Positions 48,490 through 56,639 of a stretch of DNA of 64,000 nt are shown here, piece after piece; the first letter of the stretch is position 1; each line of letters starts with the position of its first letter. The stretch is taken from sequence record NZ_CP017041.1; one strand, 5' to 3'. Below the pieces are notes generated by a model that saw only the letters and a list, made by a program, of their open reading frames with translations, did not search any database and was not told the origin of the DNA. This DNA is from a plasmid. The translations under genes were made by a program, and so were the position numbers.

Positions 48490-49077
48490 ATGCACCATTA
48501 TCGTCTTGGTATCGGCACTGCCCTCATCGCGGTAGCCGCCGTGGCCGGCTGTCGCTCAACAGACTCGACACCCACACCACCTCCATCCCGTGTCTCCGCC
48601 ACGACATCAGCGAGCTCTACCCTCAGCCCGACCCCGTCAGCCGGAGCGATCAGTGCCGCCGACGCCGAAAAGGTCTACCGCACCGCCTACATCAATAACT
48701 TCGAGGTGGAGAAGATGGGAGGCCTGGCCCCTGGTGAGCCGGCCCCGCTCATGCTCACCAACTACGCCTCCGGCCAAGCCCTCAAGAACTACATGATCTT
48801 CAACCGCAAGGTCTACAACCTAGGCATCCGATGGAAGTCAGGGGCCCCAAAAATCACGGCAGTACGGGAGAAGAAGGGTGATACCACCTATCCTGAGGCT
48901 GCTATCGCTTTGGAGTCCTGCGAGGACGGCCGCTCTATCCGTACTGTGGACCGCCACGGAGAAGCTGACCATGGACGCATCATCCATCTCGATAGCTGGT
49001 ATGCCCGCGACAAGAAGGGCACCGTCAAAATGATCGCACGTAACGGAGTGGAGGTCCCCTCATGCGACGTCAAGTAA
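48490..49077 (+). CDS. Lipoprotein, unknown function
   Basis: Signal peptide with lipobox (LIAVAAVAGC) and a Ser/Thr/Pro-rich linker. Confidence 0.5.
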   Translation: MHHYRLGIGTALIAVAAVAGCRSTDSTPTPPPSRVSATTSASSTLSPTPSAGAISAADAEKVYRTAYINNFEVEKMGGLAPGEPAPLMLTNYASGQALKNYMIFNRKVYNLGIRWKSGAPKITAVREKKGDTTYPEAAIALESCEDGRSIRTVDRHGEADHGRIIHLDSWYARDKKGTVKMIARNGVEVPSCDVK

Positions 49078-49970
49078 TCACCGCGGGCCTCCTGAGCCTG
49101 GCCCTCGCCGCCATGCCCCTGACCGCCCTCGCAGACGACGAAAACTTCAGTAGCCATACGGACACGAATGGTCCTGGCTATGACGTGCGGGTAGATGTGT
49201 GGAACCATCCTCATTCTGGGGCTCATACTCGCTCGGGGGATCGGGGCGGTGATGGGAAGAATCATGATGATGGCCCGGGCGAGGCTACGTCTGTTGATGG
49301 GTTGTCGCAGGCTGATGCGTGGGCTGCTCATGCCGGGTATGCCTCGGCGGCTAACTATCAGTGTCAGATGATGAAGTCTTTTCTTGATAGTTCCGAATCG
49401 GCGCATATGACTGCCGCTGAACGTGCCAGCGGGCAAGCCGATTTCACTAAGAAATGCCGGACGGATCCGTCAGGTAAGGCCAGTGCGATCCCTGACCCGG
49501 CCTGGCTGGGACGCCATGCGGCCATGAAGATGACCCTGCCCGGTGCCCGACCGGTCATTGCCCCTGACCCGAGTCTGAATCAGTGGCATTCGGCGGCGGT
49601 GGGCCAGGCGTTGTGGCTGTCGGTTGATGATCCCACCGCCACCACGCACAAATCGATCACGTTTATGGGACAGATTGTCTCGTTGAGCGCCAAACGAAAC
49701 GGTCTGTCGTTTGATATGGGCGACGGCCACACCGTCCATTGCGACGCCACGACCCCCTGGAGTCCGTCGGTGGAGCCGGGCACCCCCTCCCCAACGTGCG
49801 GCTACACCTATCAGCAGGCAGCCCCGCCAGAGGGCTACAAGGTCACCGCGATCACGTCGTGGGATGTGACGTGGTCGGTGCTGGGCCACACCGGGTCAGT
49901 CCATATTGAAAAGGCCGGTGGGCAGATGCTTCCGGTCGGCGAGTTGGAGTCGGTTGTCACCCACCGATGA
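49062..49970 (+). CDS. Secreted protein, unknown function
   Basis: Sec signal (MRRQVITAGLLSLALAAMPLTALA). Confidence 0.45.
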   Translation: MRRQVITAGLLSLALAAMPLTALADDENFSSHTDTNGPGYDVRVDVWNHPHSGAHTRSGDRGGDGKNHDDGPGEATSVDGLSQADAWAAHAGYASAANYQCQMMKSFLDSSESAHMTAAERASGQADFTKKCRTDPSGKASAIPDPAWLGRHAAMKMTLPGARPVIAPDPSLNQWHSAAVGQALWLSVDDPTATTHKSITFMGQIVSLSAKRNGLSFDMGDGHTVHCDATTPWSPSVEPGTPSPTCGYTYQQAAPPEGYKVTAITSWDVTWSVLGHTGSVHIEKAGGQMLPVGELESVVTHR

Positions 49971-50965
49971 CCCCCGATAGCCCCACCCTCTACGAGGTGT
50001 TAGGGGTTGCCCCCGACGCCACCGACACCCAGCTCAAGACGGCATGGCGCCTCGCCGCGAAAGCGACCCACCCCGATGCCGGCGGCGACCCCCAGGCGTT
50101 CACCACCGCCCAGCACGCCTGGGAAGTGTTGTCTGACCCGGGCTCCCGCGCCTCCTATGATGCCGCCCTGGCGGGAGAAGGCGACCCCGACGTAGAGGCC
50201 CCAGACAACACCGTCGACCCCTTGACCCCCTCGTGGTCGTGGAGTGTCTCCTTCATCGATGCCACCCCGCAGCTACGCCACACCCGGCCCGGCACGCTCG
50301 CCGCGATCGTGGTAGCCGCCGCCGGGGTCGAGGCCGGGATCGGCTGGCATGAGGCGTTGGAGGCCCTCGCCCCCTCTCCCGGGTTCGTAGGTTCGTGGTG
50401 GATGACCTCGGTTCCGGTCGTGGCCGCAGTGACATGGCTCGCGGCGATCACGGGGGTACAGGCCATCATGGCCGGGATCGGCTGGCTGGGGTGGGGCTTG
50501 ATCGGTGCCGCCTGCCTGTGGGGACACCCGTGGGCTGTGGCCGTATTGGGAGCCGGATGGGTGGCCTGGGTAGCCGCCGCAGTGTGGTGGTGGCGCCGAC
50601 GGATGGCCTGGCCTGCCCGCACCTGCCGGGCAGGAAACATGGTCGACATGCCCGAGGTTGACCCGCCATGGATGGAACCGGTGGAACTGGTAGCAGAACT
50701 CATCCCCTCCGTGCGGGCCATGTGGTCTCCTGACGGGCAAACGGTGGCTGTAGTAGCCGGTCGGCGGGTAGCAACCTTAGGGATGCCGATGCGAGGGTGG
50801 CGTGGCATCGAGATGCGGGGCTGGAACCCGATCGGTGCCGACACCGCGTGGATCGTTGACCAGATAGGCGGCTGGCTGGCCGACCAAGACAAACCGCTCA
50901 CCATCGACGGGAAAATCTTGTTCGAGACCTGGGACAGGCTACAGACAGTTCGTCCTCACAGCTGA
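49967..50965 (+). CDS. J-domain (DnaJ-like, HPD motif) membrane protein
   Basis: N-terminal J domain (LYEVLGVAPDATDTQLKTAWRLAAKATHPDAGGD...SYDAAL). It is followed by several Trp-rich TM helices and a cytoplasmic tail. Confidence 0.6.
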   Translation: MTPDSPTLYEVLGVAPDATDTQLKTAWRLAAKATHPDAGGDPQAFTTAQHAWEVLSDPGSRASYDAALAGEGDPDVEAPDNTVDPLTPSWSWSVSFIDATPQLRHTRPGTLAAIVVAAAGVEAGIGWHEALEALAPSPGFVGSWWMTSVPVVAAVTWLAAITGVQAIMAGIGWLGWGLIGAACLWGHPWAVAVLGAGWVAWVAAAVWWWRRRMAWPARTCRAGNMVDMPEVDPPWMEPVELVAELIPSVRAMWSPDGQTVAVVAGRRVATLGMPMRGWRGIEMRGWNPIGADTAWIVDQIGGWLADQDKPLTIDGKILFETWDRLQTVRPHS

Positions 50966-51040
50966 GAAAAATTTTGGGTCCGCCCTGCATATCGGGGCCT
51001 CTTCATACCTTCAAAAGTGTGAAGGGGAATACAGACTCTT
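50881..51040. repeat. Direct repeat copy A (last ~20 codons of J-domain gene + downstream hairpin ccttcaaaagtgtgaagg)
   Basis: About 75% identical to 53161-53325 over ~160 bp. The hairpin lies at 51008-51025. Confidence 0.7.
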
Positions 51041-51134
51041 CGACTGGAATTAAAATGGTATATGGCGTGTCCGGTCCGCACCCAGCTCCACGATGCGCCA
51101 TAGGGGAGCCATAACTTCACCAATCGTATACGAT

Positions 51135-51401
51135 ATGAGTGTGGGTGAGCATCTACCGGTGGCCGACAGTCAGATACAAGCATGGGCGGATGAAGCAGAA
51201 GCTGATTATGACCTCAGCATGCTTCCGCCGTCTCGACGTGGTCGCCCACCGGTGGGGAGGGGCCCGGGCACTGTGGTCCCTGTGCGCTTCGACGCGGACA
51301 CTCTCAAGGCGTTGTCACAACGAGCCCATGACGAAGGATTGACCACGCGTTCTGACGCGATCCGTGCTGCGGTTAACCAGTGGCTCGGCCTCGGCTCGTA
51401 A
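51135..51401 (+). CDS. RHH (CopG-family) DNA-binding protein / antitoxin-like
   Basis: C-terminal RHH (VVPVRFDADTLKALSQRAHDEGLTTRSDAIRAAVNQWL). The start at ATG 51135 is preferred. Confidence 0.45.
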   Translation: MSVGEHLPVADSQIQAWADEAEADYDLSMLPPSRRGRPPVGRGPGTVVPVRFDADTLKALSQRAHDEGLTTRSDAIRAAVNQWLGLGS

Positions 51402-51969
51402 ACATTATCGGCGCGACAACCTTACTGATGACGCTGTTGGTTACGCCGTAGAGCACATCTTGTACTCGTGGGCGCTCGACGATGCTGATGATCCTCGGTG
51501 CTGGATGATGATTCGGTGTTGACCCAGCTGGCCTCCTCATGGAGCTAGTTATCCTCATCTACGACGATGGCTATGAACTCCTGATCCACGCCATGAAAGC
51601 CCGCCCTCAGTATCTGAGCTACTTCGCTATCTAGTGTTGTTGGGCGAGTTGAACTCAACTTTTCTCCGACGCAAGCGCCAATAAAAGGCTGATCCATCCG
51701 AATACCACCAAACACGGCTGAAGTGTGGAACAGATTCAGCAAGACAGGGTGCGGTGCTCGGGTGCGTTGGGGAGATGAGGATATTCAGGCTTCTGGCGGG
51801 ATGTGGCTTGATGACGTCCAGGATCACCGGTTCGGTTTTGAAGGTGCCTTGCATTAATGTCGACAGGGTCGTACGACTCGAGGATTGGATCGACCAGCCC
51901 GTTGCGTCTGAAGAACTTCATCCACCCCGGTGGAGCTCCGGCCGCGTACTGGTGCAACGGATCATTAGC

Positions 51970-52944
51970 ATGGGTAGCGTGAGTATGCCTTCGATCGTGG
52001 TCAGTGCTGTCATCATCCAAGATTCTGACGGGCGGCTTCTCACTGTCCGTAAACGAGGCACCGAGGCATTCATGCTGCCAGGCGGCAAGCCGGAGCCCGG
52101 CGAGGACTCGCGTCAGGCAGTAGTCCGGGAAGTGCACGAAGAGCTCGGCGTCGCATTGTCTTCCGACGACCTGCGTCGGGTGGGAGTGTTCACCACGCGA
52201 GCAGCGAATGAGGCCGGCCATCAGGTGGTGGCGACGATTTTCACCCACACCCCGGTTGCGGTGAGTGAGCCAGCTGCTGAGATCGAGCAGATTCGTTGGC
52301 TCGATTGGAGTGTCGACGCCCTGCCTGACGACCTGGCCCCGCTGCTGGTCGAGGCAGTCATCCCGTGGCTGCGGCGCCGTATCCGGTCGGTCGCTGTATT
52401 CACGGGTGCGAAGGATGGAACCGACCCTCATTATCGTGTCGAAGCAACCGCCTTGGGCCGGGGTCTCGCACACGCCGGGATCACCCTGGTTTATGGCGGC
52501 GGGAAGGTCGGGATGATGGGTGCTGTTGCTGATGCGGCCCTCGCTGCTGGCGGCGCTGTGATCGGAGTGATGCCGCAGCACTTGGTGGACGGGGAGATCG
52601 CCCATCCTAGTCTGACTCACCTCGAGGTAGTGCGGACTATGCATGAGCGCAAGCAGCGGATGAGTGACCTAGCTGACGCGTTCGTCGCGCTACCCGGCGG
52701 CGGCGGAACCCTTGACGAGCTATTCGAAGCATGGACATGGCAGCAGCTCGGTGTACACAGCAAACCCGTGGCCTTGTACGACTCGACCTTCTGGGCACCG
52801 CTGACCGCGCTACTCAACCACATGACCATCGAAGGCTTCATCCGCCCTGAGGACCGCGCCTCGCTCGTGATCGCCGATACCATACATCAGCTGATGGCCG
52901 ATCTTGAGGGATGGACCCCACCACCACCGAAGTGGCGCTCGTGA
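51970..52944 (+). CDS. NUDIX hydrolase - LOG family (cytokinin riboside 5'-monophosphate phosphoribohydrolase-like) fusion protein
   Basis: Complete Nudix box (GGKPEPGEDSRQAVVREVHEELGV, i.e. Gx5Ex7REUxEExGU). It is followed by LOG signatures (VYGGGKVGMMGAV and ALPGGGGTLDELFEAW, i.e. GGGxxGxM and PGGxGTxxE). The start at ATG 51970 is preferred over the ORF-track 51754. Confidence 0.7.
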   Translation: MGSVSMPSIVVSAVIIQDSDGRLLTVRKRGTEAFMLPGGKPEPGEDSRQAVVREVHEELGVALSSDDLRRVGVFTTRAANEAGHQVVATIFTHTPVAVSEPAAEIEQIRWLDWSVDALPDDLAPLLVEAVIPWLRRRIRSVAVFTGAKDGTDPHYRVEATALGRGLAHAGITLVYGGGKVGMMGAVADAALAAGGAVIGVMPQHLVDGEIAHPSLTHLEVVRTMHERKQRMSDLADAFVALPGGGGTLDELFEAWTWQQLGVHSKPVALYDSTFWAPLTALLNHMTIEGFIRPEDRASLVIADTIHQLMADLEGWTPPPPKWRS

Positions 52945-53086
52945 CATAGAACAAATGATTCTGACTATGGCTCATTGACATCTGCGCAGCGGCTACTAGC
53001 TCCATTGACTTCAAATCGGGCCTTGGCCGAGGCTCGGTTCAGGTGGCCCGGAATGGATCCCCACAAATTGAATGCTCATGATCGAG

Positions 53087-53245
53087 GTGATGAACGCCCA
53101 CTCTATTGTCCTACGCCCGGTTGTATCCAGCGAGCAATTGAAGGTGCTGCGCCTGCTGGTCGACCAGGCCGAGCCACTCATCATCGACGGGCGCATCTTG
53201 TACGAGGCATGGGACAGGCTGCAAACAGCCCGTCCGGCCCGCTAG
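53087..53245 (+). CDS. Small ORF (52 aa) whose C-terminus is paralogous to the J-domain protein C-terminus
   Basis: MNAHSIVLRPVVSSEQLKVLRLLVDQAEPLIIDGRILYEAWDRLQTARPAR. Compare ...TIDGKILFETWDRLQTVRPHS at 50900-50965. It is below the ORF-track length threshold. Confidence 0.3.
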   Translation: MMNAHSIVLRPVVSSEQLKVLRLLVDQAEPLIIDGRILYEAWDRLQTARPAR

Positions 53246-53325
53246 AAAAAATTTTTAGGGCCCGCTCCGCACATCCCGGTCTGTACCCACACCTTCAAGG
53301 GTGTGAAGGGAATAAAAACACACCT
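53161..53325. repeat. Direct repeat copy B (with hairpin ccttcaagggtgtgaagg)
   Basis: About 75% identical to 50881-51040. The hairpin lies at 53292-53309. Confidence 0.7.
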
Positions 53326-53396
53326 AACAACAACTTTGTTTCATGATTTGGCGCGTCGGACCCTTTCTGACCGATGTCGTGCGCAACAATGGACCC

Positions 53397-53741
53397 ATGA
53401 GTTCGCCTACCAAGATGCGCCGGAAGGGAACACGCGGCCCGAAACCTCGCAGCGACGAGGAGCTAACGGCTGTGATGTGCCGCATCCCAGAGTCAGTGGC
53501 CGAACGTGTCAGCGATATGGCTTGGGAGCTGAGGCTCTCCCGATCCGATCTTGTGGGCTGGTCGGCCCTCTATGCACTCAACTCGATGCTCAGACAGCGC
53601 GGAGAGGACACGATTCCGGTTCCGGAGTATCTGGACAAGGCCGTGCTCACTGCGTTGTATCCCGATGGGTTGCCCTTCGACGAGGACAACGAGGAGCCGG
53701 GCGAGAATGCCGGGCAGGAGGAGCTTGCGATGACTGGATGA
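53397..53741 (+). CDS. RHH (CopG-like) protein upstream of rep-like gene
   Basis: RIPESVAERVSDMAWELRLSRSDLVGWSALYAL ribbon-helix-helix with an acidic C-terminal tail. Confidence 0.4.
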   Translation: MSSPTKMRRKGTRGPKPRSDEELTAVMCRIPESVAERVSDMAWELRLSRSDLVGWSALYALNSMLRQRGEDTIPVPEYLDKAVLTALYPDGLPFDEDNEEPGENAGQEELAMTG

Positions 53742-54054
53742 GCCCGAACATGGTTGAAGGCCGCCCCGCCAGGCGACCTTCAATCAATGGTTTCGGTTGT
53801 CAGCTGCAGCCACCCTTGCCAGGTGCTGTGGTTCTTCTCCAGAGGAGGAGGGACCGCCATGAAGACCAAGAAGACCTAGAAGATCCAAAAGAACCGGTTT
53901 CAGCTTTTGCTTCGGTCTTCATGGTAGCTGATAGCCCGCGTCGTTGGAAGTGCGACGACGCCGATCCTCATCGGTATCGCACCCTGAAACAGGGTGTTGA
54001 ACATGAAGGGTTGACCGCTATGTCAAGCCATGAGACGCCCTCCCGGAGGGCGTC

Positions 54055-55605
54055 ATGACCGCTTTAATTCAAGCTCTGCCGACAGCTGAACTGTCTGCTG
54101 GACCTGGTGCTAGCAGTCCAGCTAGACCCTCTGCTGAGGGCTTCATCAAGATTCATCACGACCTCATTAGTGCGGGCGTGTCGGGTAACGCGATGGCGTT
54201 GTTCGTCGCGTTACGTAACCAGCCCGGCTGTGATCAGTGGACCCGTCACTCGTACCTGCGGCTAGCCCAATGGTGCGGCTGGGATGGGCTGTCGGAGGCG
54301 GCGGGCTGTAAGCGGGTGCAGCGGGCCGCTGCTGAGCTCGCTAGCGGTGGTTGGCTGGAATCGCGGGTCGGCCATGATCGTCGCACCGCTAAGACGCTGG
54401 TGTGGCATCGGTTGACCAGCCCCGACACCGACCGCTGGGAGCAATTGCCGCGGATTGTGTGGGCGAGGATCTGCCAGATCGCCGGGGAGACGTCGGGAGA
54501 GTGGGTGAGGCATTGGCTGGTGTGGCGGATGCTGGCCGGTCGTACTGGTGTGGCTCAGGCCCCTACGTCCATCGTGGCCCGGTTCCTGGGCTGTTCTTCG
54601 CGCCAGGTCTCTCATATCCGTGGGGCTCTCGTTGATGCCGGTCTGCTCGGCTGTGACGAGGTGTCGGGGGCGGCGAGCCGGGTGTGGTTCCCCTCGATGG
54701 CCGAGGAGTGTGCAGCGGATCGTGAGGTGGTCGATGGGGCCGTCGTCGGTGCTGGGGTGGGCTCTGGTGAAGGTGTCGAGGAGGGCGGGGAACCCCTGTC
54801 GATTTTGTCCACCCACCCCTGTCGATTTTGTCCACCCACCCCTGTCGATTTTGTCCGCCAAGTATTAGACAAACCATTAGACAGTGAATTAGACCTTGGG
54901 TCGCGTCAGCGTGTTAGCTCACCAACGCGCGCGCGCGCGGCGGCCGAGCCGCCGAAGCCAAAGAAACCCATACCACCAACGCCTGAACCAGCAGCCCCCG
55001 CTTCAGACAGTCCTGTGTCAGCGCACGCTGATGAGGCTGCCGAGTTGGCGTGGCGGTTCGTGGGGTGGTGTCCTCAGCTGGTAGGGGCACCGAAGAAGGT
55101 GCGTGGCCAGCTCCGTCAGATGGTTGCCAAGCAGATCCGTCTCCATCGTGCCTGGCTGGATGTGCCGGCGTTGACTGTTGCCGCTGAGCGAGTCCGGGAA
55201 ATCGGGGCGCTGGGTGATCGGCACTGCGAGATCGTTCGAGACGAGCTGCATGGCGTGATTGCCGACCGCAAGGCAGCCCCCCCAGCCCCCTCACCCTCAC
55301 CAGACGAAGGAGACACGACTGTGTGGATTTACAAAGACCCTCATGAGACTCTTGACGAGTTTGCGGCCAGGACTGAGCCCTCTCGTGTGTGGGAGGTCTC
55401 CGAGCGCGATGACATGGCTGGCGGGATCGCCGTGAACTTGCTGGCGGCTAAGCCGGATGATCCGATGGGCTGGCTGACTCGCCGGCAAACCATGCTGATG
55501 GTCCGGTTCCCCCAAGCCGTCGACGAGGTCGTAGAGATGTGTCACATCGTGCGTACCGCCTTGGAGGCCGACATGGCCGCCGGAACCCGGTGGGAGGACC
55601 GATGA
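54055..55605 (+). CDS. Replication-initiator-like protein (N-terminal winged-helix) with internal 23-bp iterons
   Basis: 516 aa ORF. The N-terminus (FIKIHHDLISAGVSGNAMALFVALRNQ) resembles Rep/wHTH proteins. A 23-bp x3 repeat lies inside the CDS. Confidence 0.45.
   Translation: MTALIQALPTAELSAGPGASSPARPSAEGFIKIHHDLISAGVSGNAMALFVALRNQPGCDQWTRHSYLRLAQWCGWDGLSEAAGCKRVQRAAAELASGGWLESRVGHDRRTAKTLVWHRLTSPDTDRWEQLPRIVWARICQIAGETSGEWVRHWLVWRMLAGRTGVAQAPTSIVARFLGCSSRQVSHIRGALVDAGLLGCDEVSGAASRVWFPSMAEECAADREVVDGAVVGAGVGSGEGVEEGGEPLSILSTHPCRFCPPTPVDFVRQVLDKPLDSELDLGSRQRVSSPTRARAAAEPPKPKKPIPPTPEPAAPASDSPVSAHADEAAELAWRFVGWCPQLVGAPKKVRGQLRQMVAKQIRLHRAWLDVPALTVAAERVREIGALGDRHCEIVRDELHGVIADRKAAPPAPSPSPDEGDTTVWIYKDPHETLDEFAARTEPSRVWEVSERDDMAGGIAVNLLAAKPDDPMGWLTRRQTMLMVRFPQAVDEVVEMCHIVRTALEADMAAGTRWEDR
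54793..54861. repeat. Tandem 23-bp repeat x3 (cccctgtcgattttgtccaccca), iteron-like
   Basis: Three copies with a period of 23 bp, not a multiple of 3. They are read in three frames (PLSILSTH / PCRFCPP / TPVDFVR) inside the rep-like ORF. Confidence 0.8.
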
Positions 55606-56363
55606 GGTCACTGCGGCGAAACATCATGGTTGTGGCTGGTGTGCTCGGCGTCGCGGTAGCGGCGGGCCCGACCTTAGCCAGGTCGTTGCCGTTTGCCGAC
55701 AGGTCTCAGCCGCCGACGACCAGAAATGCCACCCAGGCGGCCGCAACCGGTGCAACGGCTGCGGCGGGCGCGCTCAACCGTCTGCCAGTCAAAGGCAAAG
55801 CAGCGATGACCGGATACACCCGGACCCAATTCGGGCAGGCGTGGACCGATGACACCGACCGGGAGTTGACCCGCCCCTGGGGCCACAACGGATGCGACAC
55901 CCGCAACGATGCCCTTGCCCGCGACCTGGTCGAGGCCCACCTGAAACCCGGATCACGATGCGTGGTCGTCTCCGGGCGACTCCACGACCCCTACACCGGG
56001 TCCACACTCGCCTGGCGGCGCGGCCGGCACACCTCGACAACAGTCCAAATCGACCACGTCGTAGCCCTCGGGAACGCGTGGATTACCGGCGCGCAAAAAC
56101 TCTCACCGCTGCAACGCACCGCCCTGGCCAACGACCCGTTGAACTTGCTGGCTGTCGACGGACCCGCTAATGAGGCCAAACGAGACAGGGATGCAGCGAC
56201 CTGGCTACCCCCTAACAAGGCCTACAGATGCGACTATGTGGCCCGCCAAATCGCCGTCAAAATGAAGTACCAGCTGTGGGTCACCGCCGCAGAGAAGACC
56301 GCTATGGCGCGGGTATTGCACCGCTGCCCGACCCAGACACTCCCTGTAGGAGCCACACGATGA
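55602..56363 (+). CDS. Secreted DUF1524/HNH-type endonuclease
   Basis: Signal peptide (MRSLRRNIMVVAGVLGVAVAAGPTLA). HNH-like core (IDHVVALGNAW...NLLAVDGPANEAKRDRDAATWLPP). ATGA overlap with the rep-like stop. Confidence 0.55.
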   Translation: MRSLRRNIMVVAGVLGVAVAAGPTLARSLPFADRSQPPTTRNATQAAATGATAAAGALNRLPVKGKAAMTGYTRTQFGQAWTDDTDRELTRPWGHNGCDTRNDALARDLVEAHLKPGSRCVVVSGRLHDPYTGSTLAWRRGRHTSTTVQIDHVVALGNAWITGAQKLSPLQRTALANDPLNLLAVDGPANEAKRDRDAATWLPPNKAYRCDYVARQIAVKMKYQLWVTAAEKTAMARVLHRCPTQTLPVGATR

Positions 56364-56524
56364 CCACCCATTGGATCCCCGAACAACTCCTAGAACCCGG
56401 AGTCGGAGTCATCCTCGACACCGAAACCACCGACCTGGACGGGCGCATCATCGAAATATCGATCATTGACGCAGCCACCGGGACGGTCCTGATGGACCAA
56501 CTCATCAACCGTTGCACGAGATAA
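56360..56524 (+). pseudogene. DEDD (DnaQ-like) 3'-5' exonuclease N-terminal fragment, truncated
   Basis: 54 codons with an Exo I motif (GVILDTETTDLDGRIIEISIID). It ends abruptly at ...CTR* in a sequence homologous to the IS607 right end. Confidence 0.4.
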
Positions 56525-56556
56525 CCTGACTACTCAAGTTAGTTCTCGTGCAACGG
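56512..56556. repeat. IS607 right-end-like hairpin (solo copy)
   Basis: The sequence ccgttgcacgagataacctgactactcaagttagttctcgtgcaacgg is a perfect 13-nt-arm palindrome. It is about 80% identical to the sequence at the tnpB 3' end (27455-27500: cacgagataacctgaccatcagagtcagttctcatgcaacgg). Confidence 0.5.
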
Positions 56557-56639
56557 TTGTTTAGAGGAAGGGGGCCGGGCGGTGAGCCCGGGCCCCTGGT
56601 GTGTGCTGAGTCGGCCAACGGGCCCAGCACACAGGTCTG

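Noticed and set aside
51400-51640. Two short frames downstream of the RHH gene (…AVGYAVEHILYSWALDDADDPRCWMMIRC* and MELVILIYDDGYELLIHAMKARPQYLSYFAI*) as a possible disrupted toxin.
   Set aside because: No family could be assigned from sequence alone. It is mentioned only as part of the cassette finding.
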